The position numbers were made by a program, and so were the translations under genes. This document shows, piece after piece, positions 53,855 through 63,022 of a DNA stretch of 64,000 nucleotides. Position 1 is the first letter of the stretch. Each line of letters opens with the position of its first letter. The DNA is from Candidatus Onthovivens sp. (lineage in GTDB: Bacteria; Bacillota_I; Bacilli_A; RFN20; CAG-826), in the NCBI GenBank assembly GCA_048405595.1, contig DBFJOT010000010.1:7578-71577 (forward strand), in the 5' to 3' direction. The notes below the pieces were generated by a model that saw nothing but the letters and a program-made list of their open reading frames with translations, was not told the DNA's origin and ran no database searches.

Positions 53855-56152
53855 TTATTTAACGACGTCGTTTTTGTTATCATGCTTTGACGCCAAAAAT
53901 AAAGTTAACGAATTTAAGCAAACAGTTATGCTGCTTAAAGCCATCAATAAAGAAGCATACATTGGTGAAAGCATTACACCAAACATAGATAAACTTCCAG
54001 CCGCTAAAGGAATAAATATAACGTTATAAATAAACGCCCATAACAAATTAAAACTAATATTTGTTCTAATACGTTTTGATACGCTAACAATGTCTAAGAT
54101 ATCATCTAAGTTTGAATTCATTAATATGAAGTCACTACTCGCTAAAGCAACATCACTTCCTTTTGCTAATCCTATACCAACATCACTTTCAGTAAGCGCT
54201 AAAGAATCATTAACCCCATCCCCTACCATCATGACAGTATGTCCTTCACTCTTTAGCTTTTTAATAATGTTTCCTTTATCTAAAGGTTTGACTTCGCTTA
54301 TTACTTCTTCAATACCGACTTCTTTAGCAATATTATTTGCGATAATTTCATTGTCGCCTGTTAATAAAATAATTCTATTGAATGTCTTTTTTATCTCTTT
54401 AATAAATTCTTTTGCGTTTGTCTTTAATTCATCTTTTAAATAAAATAAAGCAAGTATTTCTTCTTTAGTGAACGCAAATATTTTCAATAAACCATCGCTA
54501 GAATCGATACTATTTAAGATTTTTTCTTTTTTGTTGTCTTCACAATATTCTTCTAACAAACTAGCATTTCCGATAAATATAGTTTGATCTTTATATATTC
54601 CTTTAACACCTTTGCCAGGAATATTTTTAATCATTGAGAAAGTTTTATCCAGTGAAATCACTTCATTTAACGAAACAACAATTCCTTCACTTAATGGATG
54701 AGTTGAAAATTGTTCAATAGTTTTAATACGAGTTAGCGTTTGAAGATCACTTGTAAAAATTTCTTTATTGACAACTGTCAATTTTCCATTAGTGATTGTA
54801 TTAGTTTTGTCTAATACAACGGTATCAACCTTTTTAATTGATTCAATTGCTTCACTTTTATTGACTAAAATTCCTCTTTTTGCAAAAACACTACTTCCTA
54901 CTAATAGACTAATTGGAGTTGCTAAACCTAGTGCACAAGGACAAGAAACAACTAAAACACTTACACCAAAAGTAAATGCTTCATCAAAGATACTAGTAAA
55001 GTGATTTGGAAATACCATTGCTCCAAGTGATAAATCAACTATTAACCAAATCAAGAAAGTCAATAAAGCTATTGCAATGACAATTGGCACGAAGACTTTA
55101 GCGACCTTGTCAACTTTTCTAGTTAAATTAGTATCCATATTACTCGCTTCCATAACTAAAGAAATAATACGGTTTAATACATTTTCTTTTTTAGTTTTAT
55201 CAATTAAAACTGTAATTGATCCATCTTTATTAATTGATCCACCAATTACTTCATCACCTTCATCTTTAAAAACAGGCAAAGACTCTCCAGTTAACAAGCT
55301 TTCATCTACACTTGTAGTTCCTGAAATAATAATCCCATCTAAAGGAATAGTTTCTCCTTCTTTAATAATAACTTTATCGCCACTTTTTAAATTTTTTGTT
55401 TCGATTTTTTTAACCTTATCATCAACTAGTACATTAGCGTATTGAGGCCTTAATTTTAAAAGTTCATTGATTGTCGATTTCGCTTTTCTTTTTGATAAAT
55501 TTTCAATGAATTTGCCGATTGAAACGATTACTAAAATCATCGCTGCGCTATCTAAATAGTTATGAAACATAATTTTACCTTCTTCATGTTCGAAAACAAA
55601 ATATGAATCCGGCGAAATAATCAATTTTACTATCAAATATATTGAATAAACTAGCGAGAAAAACGAGCCTAGGAAAATTAAGTTATCCATATTAGGACTT
55701 AACTTAACCAAACTCTTAAATCCATTAATATAATAAGAACTAAAAATACCGATAATAATTAAAGTTAATCCAAGTTCAATTAAAGGCAAGATATAATTAG
55801 GTTCTTTAAAAGTTGGAATAATTAAATCTGGATACATGTGAGACATTGATAAAAACATCAAAAGCGCTAAAAGTACGCTTCCAATCAATAGTTTGACGAC
55901 ATCGTATTTTTCTTTTTTAGACGAATTCACTTCAATTATTTCATCTTGAATAACTTCTAAGCGATATCCAACTTCTTTACAAGCTTCGATTATCATTTGA
56001 TCATTTACTAGCTTTTCGTTATATCTAACTTTAATAACATTAGTTACCAAGTTTGCATTAACATCCATAATGCCGTTTATTTTTTTAAGTCTTGTCTCGA
56101 TATTACCTTTACAAGCAGCACAATGCATATTAGAAGAAAATATTTGTTCCAT
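53855..56152 (-). CDS. copA: Copper-translocating P1B-type ATPase
   Basis: 765 aa. N-terminal HMA domain MHCAACKGNIE, SCPCALGLATP, DKTNTIT, GDGVNDS. Confidence 0.9.
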   Translation of the reverse strand: MEQIFSSNMHCAACKGNIETRLKKINGIMDVNANLVTNVIKVRYNEKLVNDQMIIEACKEVGYRLEVIQDEIIEVNSSKKEKYDVVKLLIGSVLLALLMFLSMSHMYPDLIIPTFKEPNYILPLIELGLTLIIIGIFSSYYINGFKSLVKLSPNMDNLIFLGSFFSLVYSIYLIVKLIISPDSYFVFEHEEGKIMFHNYLDSAAMILVIVSIGKFIENLSKRKAKSTINELLKLRPQYANVLVDDKVKKIETKNLKSGDKVIIKEGETIPLDGIIISGTTSVDESLLTGESLPVFKDEGDEVIGGSINKDGSITVLIDKTKKENVLNRIISLVMEASNMDTNLTRKVDKVAKVFVPIVIAIALLTFLIWLIVDLSLGAMVFPNHFTSIFDEAFTFGVSVLVVSCPCALGLATPISLLVGSSVFAKRGILVNKSEAIESIKKVDTVVLDKTNTITNGKLTVVNKEIFTSDLQTLTRIKTIEQFSTHPLSEGIVVSLNEVISLDKTFSMIKNIPGKGVKGIYKDQTIFIGNASLLEEYCEDNKKEKILNSIDSSDGLLKIFAFTKEEILALFYLKDELKTNAKEFIKEIKKTFNRIILLTGDNEIIANNIAKEVGIEEVISEVKPLDKGNIIKKLKSEGHTVMMVGDGVNDSLALTESDVGIGLAKGSDVALASSDFILMNSNLDDILDIVSVSKRIRTNISFNLLWAFIYNVIFIPLAAGSLSMFGVMLSPMYASLLMALSSITVCLNSLTLFLASKHDNKNDVVK

Positions 56153-56154
56153 AA

Positions 56155-56454
56155 TTAATTAAACCTCTTAAATAAATCAATAATTTCTTCAATTGCATTA
56201 TCAGAATCCTCACTTTGAATCGCATCTTTAATACAATGTTTTAAGTGATATTCTAATAAAATACTTGATAGGCTTTTAATAGACGAATCAATTGCACTTA
56301 ATTGAATTAGGACGTCTTTACAATAACGATCATCTTCAATCATTTTCTTAACGCCTTCCAACGATCCCATAATTCTATTTATTCGAGTAAAAAGATTCTT
56401 TTTGTCTTCTTCGCTACGTATAGTTTTTTTGCAATCACAATTAATTTTTTCCAT
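56155..56454 (-). CDS. csoR: CsoR-family copper-sensing repressor
   Basis: 99 aa. RINRIMGSLEGVKKMIEDDRYCKDVLIQLSAIDSSIKSL...HLKHC contains the C-H-C ligand pattern. Confidence 0.9.
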   Translation of the reverse strand: MEKINCDCKKTIRSEEDKKNLFTRINRIMGSLEGVKKMIEDDRYCKDVLIQLSAIDSSIKSLSSILLEYHLKHCIKDAIQSEDSDNAIEEIIDLFKRFN

Positions 56455-56478
56455 AGGTAACTCCTTTCAATATTAGTT

Positions 56479-56493
56479 TACCCCCATAGGGTA
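56479..56493. promoter_or_regulatory. CsoR operator
   Basis: TACCCCCATAGGGTA is a GC-tract inverted repeat (TACCC-N5-GGGTA) of the CsoR-operator type. It lies between the -35 and -10 (TAATAT) positions of the minus-strand csoR-copA promoter. Confidence 0.7.
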
Positions 56494-56593
56494 TATACAG
56501 GAAACATTTTGCTTAGTTTTTATTACTATTTATTGTTTCTTTTAGCGAGTTAATAATATTGAAATTTATACAAGTGTTTATTAGAATTCTCTT

Positions 56594-57031
56594 ATGAAAC
56601 TTTACGAATTAGTCGATAAATATCATCGAGATACAAATTTAACATGTGCTGAAGCTATGTTTAAAGCATGTAATGAATATTACAATCTTAATTTAAACGA
56701 AGAAAACAGAGCCTTATTCTCCTTAATGGGAATCGGAATGCAAACTGAAATGTCTAGTTGTGGTGCCTTTACTGTTGCTGTAGGAATAATTGGTTTATTT
56801 ACAACTAAAGAAAACCAAATCAATGAAGAAAATGAAGATGGCATAAAAATGGTTACTAAATTAAGTCAATATGTATTAGATACATTCGACTCTTTACAAT
56901 GCTGCTATTTAAATCAACTCGAAATAGATGGTTACGAAAACCCATGTCACTACATTGTAGTTTCCATAGCTAAAAAATTAGAAGAACTTATTGATAATTA
57001 TCTTCATAATAATTCTTCAATCTCAGCTTAA
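56594..57031 (+). CDS. C_GCAxxG_C_C-family putative redox protein
   Basis: 145 aa. LTCAEAMFKAC, SSCGAFTVAVGIIG, LQCCY. Confidence 0.7.
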   Translation: MKLYELVDKYHRDTNLTCAEAMFKACNEYYNLNLNEENRALFSLMGIGMQTEMSSCGAFTVAVGIIGLFTTKENQINEENEDGIKMVTKLSQYVLDTFDSLQCCYLNQLEIDGYENPCHYIVVSIAKKLEELIDNYLHNNSSISA

Positions 57032-57088
57032 TAATTATAGTCGTTATAATATCGATTATATCAAGATTATTCTTATTTTTAATATTTT

Positions 57089-57116
57089 AAAAGTCCAGAA
57101 ATTAACTGGACTTTTT
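57089..57116. terminator. Bidirectional terminator between convergent genes
   Basis: Stem AAAAGTCCAG (57089-57098) / CTGGACTTTT (57106-57115) with a 7-nt loop. T/A runs on both sides. Confidence 0.7.
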
Positions 57117-57124
57117 ATTGTAGT

Positions 57125-57673
57125 TTATTGCTCTCTACTTCTTATTTTACACATATGGTAGACATCAATCATTCTATCAATTGCGTTTGAATTAGTTAAA
57201 TCAAGTGGTGTATTTAATCTTTGTTCAATCATTTCTTGAGAAACACCAGCTGGAATTTTATCAGTTTTAAATGCTGCATTTAATCCCATTTTCATCATTT
57301 TTTGTTTTAAAGGAGACATTTTAGAAATATCTAATCCTCCAGGTAATAAATAAAGTCTTACATGATAAAACTCTAAACCATTAGCTGTGATAACATTTTC
57401 TTTTTTCTCTTGATCAATTGGTTGAATTCCGGTACAAAAAACAAATATATTTTTGTCACCAAAAAGTTTGTGATGTTTTAAAAACTTATCTAAACCTTCA
57501 ATGACGTTATTTTTCAATGGTCCACCATAAAAAATATAATCTGCTTTTTTAATTTGATCTTTTTTTAATTTACCAATTTCAACTACTTCACAAGGTAAAA
57601 CACGTCTTTCAATCATATCTACGTATTTTTTTGTAAAACCTGTGTTTGATTTATAAACAATTAAATTACTCAT
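57125..57673 (-). CDS. Flavodoxin-domain protein (HemG-like)
   Basis: 182 aa. MSNLIVYKSNTGFTKKY is a flavodoxin-like phosphate-binding start. Confidence 0.7.
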   Translation of the reverse strand: MSNLIVYKSNTGFTKKYVDMIERRVLPCEVVEIGKLKKDQIKKADYIFYGGPLKNNVIEGLDKFLKHHKLFGDKNIFVFCTGIQPIDQEKKENVITANGLEFYHVRLYLLPGGLDISKMSPLKQKMMKMGLNAAFKTDKIPAGVSQEMIEQRLNTPLDLTNSNAIDRMIDVYHMCKIRSREQ

Positions 57674-57758
57674 AACTATAATATTATATACTTTAAATTC
57701 TTTTAATGTATCCTCAAATTCATTTTGTAATCGCTAAATTCATGATAAAATCTACCAT

Positions 57759-58844
57759 ATGAAAATTAATACGAAAGAAAGTCTCGTTTCAAAATTTATC
57801 GAAACAAAAAATTTAAATATTTTAATCGCAAATATCTACAATTCTTATTTTAATGAATGTCGTCAAAATGTCGATGAATTCATCGTTTCTCGTCATTCGG
57901 ACAAAAACAATGCAATTTATTACGCATGGTTAGAAGCGCTCGAAATCGACCCTGATGATTTTGAATTTCTTCAACTTAGTAAACAATATCATTTAGACGA
58001 AATTAAAGAATTGAATATTGATGAATTTAATAAGAATCCTTTTTTAACAAATATTATGGCTTCTATTCATAGTTCATCTAAATGGAATGTACAACTTAAA
58101 GAATATTCTCCTTACGAATGTTTTTTATATGACTCACTAGAAATAAAAGAAACTTCATTTTATAAAGAGATCACTAAGTTAGGTTATTTTAAGAAACCAT
58201 TTACTTATATCGAAGCAACTAATAAAAACAATGATATTATCGATATTAATCCACTCGAAATTAATGTCGTCGCTAAAGAGTTAGTTTCATTAAAAGGCAA
58301 TATTTTATCATATGGACTTGGTTTAGGGTATTTTACATATATAGCAAGTTTAAAAGGAGATATAACTAGCGTTACTACTCTCGAAGAAGATGAGTCTTTA
58401 ATTGAATTATTTAATGAAAATGTTTCTTCTTTTATTCCTAATACCAAAATTACAATAATTAAAGATAATCTATTTAATCACTTAAATGATTCAAGCAATA
58501 AATACGATTTTGCTTATATAAATCTTTCAAACGATATAAATAAAGCACTAAAAGAATACATTGCAATTAAAAAAATAGAGAATTCTCATAAAGATATTAC
58601 ATTTTTCTATCATAATGAAAATGAGATTCTAGCTTTATTAAGACGTTATTTGATTATTTTATTTGAAGAAAATTTAGAAGGATTTACTAAAAAGGACTAT
58701 GTAAAAGGAAAAACCTTTGAAGATAAATTAATTAACTCTTTATTCGCTTCAATAGAAAACGAAACTTTCACCACAAGAAGTTCAATTGACAAAGTATTAA
58801 GTAACGAATCTTTGAAAAAGATTGTTAAAAAATTAAGCATTTAA
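57759..58844 (+). CDS. Hypothetical protein with a possible class-I methyltransferase / spermidine-synthase-like fold
   Basis: 361 aa. ILSYGLGLGYFTYIAS resembles motif I (GxGxG), followed by the acidic strand end TTLEEDE. Weak call. Confidence 0.4.
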   Translation: MKINTKESLVSKFIETKNLNILIANIYNSYFNECRQNVDEFIVSRHSDKNNAIYYAWLEALEIDPDDFEFLQLSKQYHLDEIKELNIDEFNKNPFLTNIMASIHSSSKWNVQLKEYSPYECFLYDSLEIKETSFYKEITKLGYFKKPFTYIEATNKNNDIIDINPLEINVVAKELVSLKGNILSYGLGLGYFTYIASLKGDITSVTTLEEDESLIELFNENVSSFIPNTKITIIKDNLFNHLNDSSNKYDFAYINLSNDINKALKEYIAIKKIENSHKDITFFYHNENEILALLRRYLIILFEENLEGFTKKDYVKGKTFEDKLINSLFASIENETFTTRSSIDKVLSNESLKKIVKKLSI

Positions 58845-58864
58845 TCTTGTAAAATAGATTTTAA

Positions 58865-58895
58865 AAAGACTAGCTGCGCTAGTCTTTTTGTTTTG
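58865..58895 (+). terminator. Intrinsic terminator
   Basis: 10-bp stem AAAGACTAGC (58865-58874) / GCTAGTCTTT (58878-58887) with a 3-nt loop, followed by a T-tract. Confidence 0.75.
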
Positions 58896-58976
58896 ATAAA
58901 TGCACTTACTATATTTGTATATTAAATAATTTTTGCTAAATATAATGTCTTTAAAATATCGATGCAATCAAGATTT

Positions 58977-59456
58977 TTACTTATTTAAAGCGAAATCGTA
59001 GTCTTCATAAACCAATCTAAACGTAATCCATTCGTCTAATGGTTTTGCGCCAATTGATTTATAAAATCTGATGCTTGGTTCGTTCCAATTAAGACATGTC
59101 CATTCAAGTCTAGGGCAATTTTCTTCTTTAGCTACTTTAACAACTTCTTTAAATAAAATTGTGCCTAATCCTTGATGACGATATTCTTCATCTACATAAA
59201 AGTCTTCTAAATGAATACCACATTTACCAGTAAATGTTGAAAAATTATAAAAGTATAAAGCAAAGCCAATTTCTTTGTTATCTTTTATAAGGAAAATAAC
59301 ATTACCAATTTTTCTTTCAAAAATTGCAAATTCAATATCACTAACAGTTGTTTTAACTGTATCTAGCATCTTTTCATATGTAGCAATCTTTTTAATGAAG
59401 TCTAAAATTAAACTTGAATCTTCTTTGTTCGCTCTTCTTAAACTAATCCCTTCCAT
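58977..59456 (-). CDS. GNAT acetyltransferase (diamine/spermidine N-acetyltransferase-like)
   Basis: 159 aa. LRRANKEDSSLILDFIKKIATYEK and RHQGLGTILF. Confidence 0.75.
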   Translation of the reverse strand: MEGISLRRANKEDSSLILDFIKKIATYEKMLDTVKTTVSDIEFAIFERKIGNVIFLIKDNKEIGFALYFYNFSTFTGKCGIHLEDFYVDEEYRHQGLGTILFKEVVKVAKEENCPRLEWTCLNWNEPSIRFYKSIGAKPLDEWITFRLVYEDYDFALNK

Positions 59457-59510
59457 TGATATTCCTTTCTAAATAAACTTAAGGCCATGATTTAATCATG
59501 GCCCATTTAA

Positions 59511-59996
59511 TTATCTTAAATTTCCGATTTCTTTATCGAATAAATATGTAGTTGTATCTTTTGTTGCTAAATCATATTTTTCGATTAATTCTAATGCTTT
59601 AGCTTCTTCTTCTGTTTGTTCATCAACAAACCAATTTAAGAATCTAACAGTGCGAATATCGCCAACCTTTAAAGCTTCTGAATAAATCTTATTAATTGAA
59701 GCTGAAATAAATTTTTCATGTTCATAAGCGGCAACTAATGGATCTCTTACGTTCTTAAAAGTAGCTTTTGGTGAATCGATAGCTAATAATGTAACTTCTT
59801 CACCTTGTTCATAAAGGTATGAATTTAATTTTGTTGCGTGTTCTAATTCTTCTTGAGCTTGTTTATCGAACCATTTTGTAAATCCGACCAAACCTTTTGC
59901 TCTATAGAAATTAGCAATTGCATAATATAAATAACTTGAATAAATTTCTTTATTAATTTGAGAATTAATTAAATCTCTAACAGTTTTATTTAACAT
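59511..59996 (-). CDS. ftn: Non-haem ferritin
   Basis: MLNKTVRDLINSQINKEIYSSYLYYAIANFY...EELEHA. Start at ATG 59994-59996, preceded by GGAGG. Confidence 0.9.
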   Translation of the reverse strand: MLNKTVRDLINSQINKEIYSSYLYYAIANFYRAKGLVGFTKWFDKQAQEELEHATKLNSYLYEQGEEVTLLAIDSPKATFKNVRDPLVAAYEHEKFISASINKIYSEALKVGDIRTVRFLNWFVDEQTEEEAKALELIEKYDLATKDTTTYLFDKEIGNLR

Positions 59997-60182
59997 TTTT
60001 GTCCTCCGTTTACTTTTCATTATTATAACATAGTAACTATATTTAAAATTTTAAAACGCATTTATATTTATTCATATTTAAGGATCACAATTTTATTTTT
60101 TTCAAAAAAGAGCAAAAAAAATCGCCCTCAATAGGCGTAATCTATATAAACACTTTATTTTCATAAAGTGATATTCTTGAAA

Positions 60183-60259
60183 TGGTCGGGGCGACAGGAT
60201 TTGAACCTGCGACCTTCTGCTCCCAAAGCAGACGCGATACCAAGCTACGCTACGCCCCG
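60183..60259 (-). tRNA. tRNA-Pro (anticodon UGG), CCA encoded
   Basis: CGGGGCGUAGCGUAGCUUGGUAUCGCGUCUGCUUUGGGAGCAGAAGGUCGCAGGUUCAAAUCCUGUCGCCCCGACCA. Confidence 0.9.
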
Positions 60260-60302
60260 AAATCGACTAATAGTATATCACAATATTTTGATAAGCGCAA
60301 TA

Positions 60303-60377
60303 TGGAGCTTCCTAGCGGATTCGAACCACTGATCATTGAGTTGCAGTCAATTGCCTTACCAACTTGGCTAAGGAAGC
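60303..60377 (-). tRNA. tRNA-Cys (anticodon GCA), CCA encoded
   Basis: GCUUCCUUAGCCAAGUUGGUAAGGCAAUUGACUGCAACUCAAUGAUCAGUGGUUCGAAUCCGCUAGGAAGCUCCA. The U73 discriminator is typical of tRNA-Cys. Confidence 0.9.
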
Positions 60378-60525
60378 ATTCAACTTAGCGCCTAAATAGT
60401 ATATCTAATTATATGCCTGTAATGCAAGCACTTTTTTCACATAAAGCATAAATTCTTGCTTTTCACAATATTTTTATGCCAATTTCTTAGCAATAAAAAT
60501 ATTTTTATTTTTTTAAAATGAAATT

Positions 60526-60571
60526 TTGAAATTTTAGCCTCCTCCAACTTTTGTGTTAGTGAAGGAGGCTA
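60526..60571. repeat. Partial copy C: only the TTGAAA-N17-TTTTGTGTTAGTGAAGG end-module of the 13.7-kb / 37.3-kb element
   Basis: TTGAAA (60526-60531), 17-nt spacer, TTTTGTGTTAGTGAAGG (60549-60565). Here the motif is embedded in a 9-bp hairpin TAGCCTCCT (60535-60543) / AGGAGGCTA (60563-60571). Confidence 0.5.
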
Positions 60572-60622
60572 AATTAAGGGTAAGGTAAGATTTATGCCTA
60601 AAGCCCATTGTTCTTTGAAATA

Positions 60623-61195
60623 TTAGCCAAGTAAATCTTTATAAGCTGTATCAAGATAATTTAAGGCTAAATCAATAATTTCGCCTAACACTTTTACAGT
60701 ACGATGATAATCATTAGGTAATTCTAATGAGTGTGGCAAATCTTCATAGATTGTGAGAAAAGGATAAATAAACTGTTTCTTAATCAATGAAGTTATATCG
60801 ATATATTGGTCTTGTTTACTCGTCACAACAAAATCAGTTTGCTTAATAAAAGGTAATGTTTCATTAATTGGAGTTAAACAAATGAACCTAGCTCTAACTA
60901 AAGAAAAATGTTCTCTAACTTTAGAAGCCACTACAGTTCCTACGCTTTTTCCTATCAAAATAATCTCGCCATATTTTGACCAATCGATATCGCTTAATCT
61001 TTCATAAGCGATATCGACACTAGATTTTATTTTTTCTTGAAAATCTTCGATTACATCGATATTTCGAGGTAAATCATATTTTAAATAAATTGAATCACCA
61101 TCGATATATTTATCTAAGAAATAAAGCAAACTTCTATCGCAAGAATATTTAATTCCAGGAAAGAATATTTTTAATGTGTTCGAATTTCCAATCAT
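60623..61195 (-). CDS. Small alpha/beta-hydrolase-fold protein, last gene of the pot operon
   Basis: 190 aa. Nucleophile elbow GKSVG. C-terminal DLPHSLE (Asp/His). Lies 2 nt downstream of potD. Confidence 0.55.
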   Translation of the reverse strand: MIGNSNTLKIFFPGIKYSCDRSLLYFLDKYIDGDSIYLKYDLPRNIDVIEDFQEKIKSSVDIAYERLSDIDWSKYGEIILIGKSVGTVVASKVREHFSLVRARFICLTPINETLPFIKQTDFVVTSKQDQYIDITSLIKKQFIYPFLTIYEDLPHSLELPNDYHRTVKVLGEIIDLALNYLDTAYKDLLG

Positions 61196-61197
61196 AA

Positions 61198-63018
61198 TTA
61201 AGAATTTTCGATTTCCTTTCTTAATTCTTTTCTCTTTTTGACTCTATACTTTTTAATAAATTTATAGCAACCTAAGTAAGAGAAAACTGCAACTAAGAAA
61301 ATTACTAAAGTTACAACGACCCAAGTTGGTAATGGGTTAACTTTAACATTTTCCCGCATTGTAACAATTTTGTTATTTTGTTCTTCGAAGTCTCTCATTA
61401 CATAAAGCGATTCTTTGTCGCTTGTTTGAGGTAATTGAGCAACTAAACTTCTACCTTCATATGATGAGAGATCAACATTTACATAAATATCGATTTTTCC
61501 ATCACCATCTTCATCTTTAAATGTAAAAGTTTTTACATCATCACCATCAGCTTCAGCTTCTTCTGGAGATTCATAACTTAAATTATCATAAGCGACAACT
61601 TCAAGTTCAGTTAATGGTTCATCATTTTCATCTAAGAAATCAAAATAGTAACTAATATCATATTTTGTTACTTCGCCTTCGTATTCAGCAGCATCTTCAT
61701 CTGTTAAGCCATATGAATACAAGAAGTAATTTAAAGCGTCATGTGAATCACTTGTTGAACCAATAAATGTTGTGTAGCCATTATATGACATATTTGCAAC
61801 AGCGTTTAATGGATCATTTAAGAAGTCTAAGAATTCTAATGTGTATTTATATTGATCGCTATTATAGTAAGATTCTTCTCTTTCTGGTAAGCACCAACCG
61901 TCAAACCAAACGTTTGCACCAATTTTTGGAATGTTGTAATAAAGCTCAACTTGTTGTTCTTCTGGCCATGGTTCGCTCCAATCATCATCAGCATAATATC
62001 CTCTGCCAATTGAGTTAACTGCGTCTCCACTCCAAGCAATGTTTACACCGATTTTTTGTGTGACAATGTCATCTTTACCACTATCAACTTCGAAACCGAA
62101 TATATTTTGTTTTAGTTCGATTAATTTTTCTTGTACTAATTTTATGGTGTCATCATCGCATAAATTAAATTGTTCATTTCTTTTATGATAATCATTAATA
62201 TATGATGAAGATTCAGGATCGAAATAATCTTTAAAGACTTCAAAGATACCAATTGCATAAGTATCTCTCATACTATCTTTAATAGATTGAGTTTTATTGA
62301 ATTCTTTTGACCATAATTTTGAGTATCCATCAAATGATCTAAAGTCTTCAATAATAATTTCTTTTAACTCTTCATCTGATAAACTTTTATATTCTTCGAT
62401 TGCTCTAAATAAAGAACCATTTCTTTCAACAATCAAATTTGGGTTATATAAAATACCAAGAGTTCCCCACATGTAACCTACTGCGTATTCAGCTAATGTT
62501 TTTGATTCATCATAAATTTGATTGCCTTGAGCATCTTCTTTTCCTGTAGGAATTTTAACCGTGATATTATTTAATTTTCCTTCGTTTTCTTCACCTTGAG
62601 AATAATAATCTACTAAAAATGGTGAAACATAGTTTTTATAGTTATCGAGTTGGCCACTTTCAAAGCCATCTTCAAACGAATGAAGCATGCCTTCACGAGC
62701 TAATCTTTGAAGCATGTAGTCGCTACAGCAAATCATATCATAGGATTGTTTACCTGTTTTTAAGGTATTGTACATGGTTTCATTAGTGTCATAAGTTTCA
62801 TATACAACTTTAACTTTTTTTCCATCTCTTTCTTGGATTGCTTCTTCGAAAGTGCCAAATAAGCTATCATCGATATAATCTTCAGCATTTAAAACATAAA
62901 TATATGTTGTTGAATCCTCACTAGTTGCTTGTGCACATGAGAATAATGTAGGTGAAAGTAATGAAGCAAAGGTGAAAGATAAAGCGAGTCTTTTGCCAAA
63001 AATAATTTTTTTCTTCAT
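61198..63018 (-). CDS. potD: Spermidine/putrescine ABC transporter substrate-binding lipoprotein, enlarged, with an extra C-terminal TM anchor
   Basis: 606 aa. Lipobox TLFSC. PotD-like core (YIYVLNAEDYI..., IAWSGDA). Acidic insert EDAAEYEGE...DENDEPLTELE. C-terminal TM WVVVTLVIFLVAVFSYLGCY plus a basic tail. Confidence 0.8.
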   Translation of the reverse strand: MKKKIIFGKRLALSFTFASLLSPTLFSCAQATSEDSTTYIYVLNAEDYIDDSLFGTFEEAIQERDGKKVKVVYETYDTNETMYNTLKTGKQSYDMICCSDYMLQRLAREGMLHSFEDGFESGQLDNYKNYVSPFLVDYYSQGEENEGKLNNITVKIPTGKEDAQGNQIYDESKTLAEYAVGYMWGTLGILYNPNLIVERNGSLFRAIEEYKSLSDEELKEIIIEDFRSFDGYSKLWSKEFNKTQSIKDSMRDTYAIGIFEVFKDYFDPESSSYINDYHKRNEQFNLCDDDTIKLVQEKLIELKQNIFGFEVDSGKDDIVTQKIGVNIAWSGDAVNSIGRGYYADDDWSEPWPEEQQVELYYNIPKIGANVWFDGWCLPEREESYYNSDQYKYTLEFLDFLNDPLNAVANMSYNGYTTFIGSTSDSHDALNYFLYSYGLTDEDAAEYEGEVTKYDISYYFDFLDENDEPLTELEVVAYDNLSYESPEEAEADGDDVKTFTFKDEDGDGKIDIYVNVDLSSYEGRSLVAQLPQTSDKESLYVMRDFEEQNNKIVTMRENVKVNPLPTWVVVTLVIFLVAVFSYLGCYKFIKKYRVKKRKELRKEIENS

Positions 63019-63022
63019 TTCA

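Noticed and set aside
60182-60388. 68-aa plus-strand ORF (MVGATGFEPATFCSQSRRDTKLRYAPK...).
   Set aside because: It is the antisense translation of tRNA-Pro and tRNA-Cys. The FEP/GFEP strings are the signature of a reverse-read T-arm.
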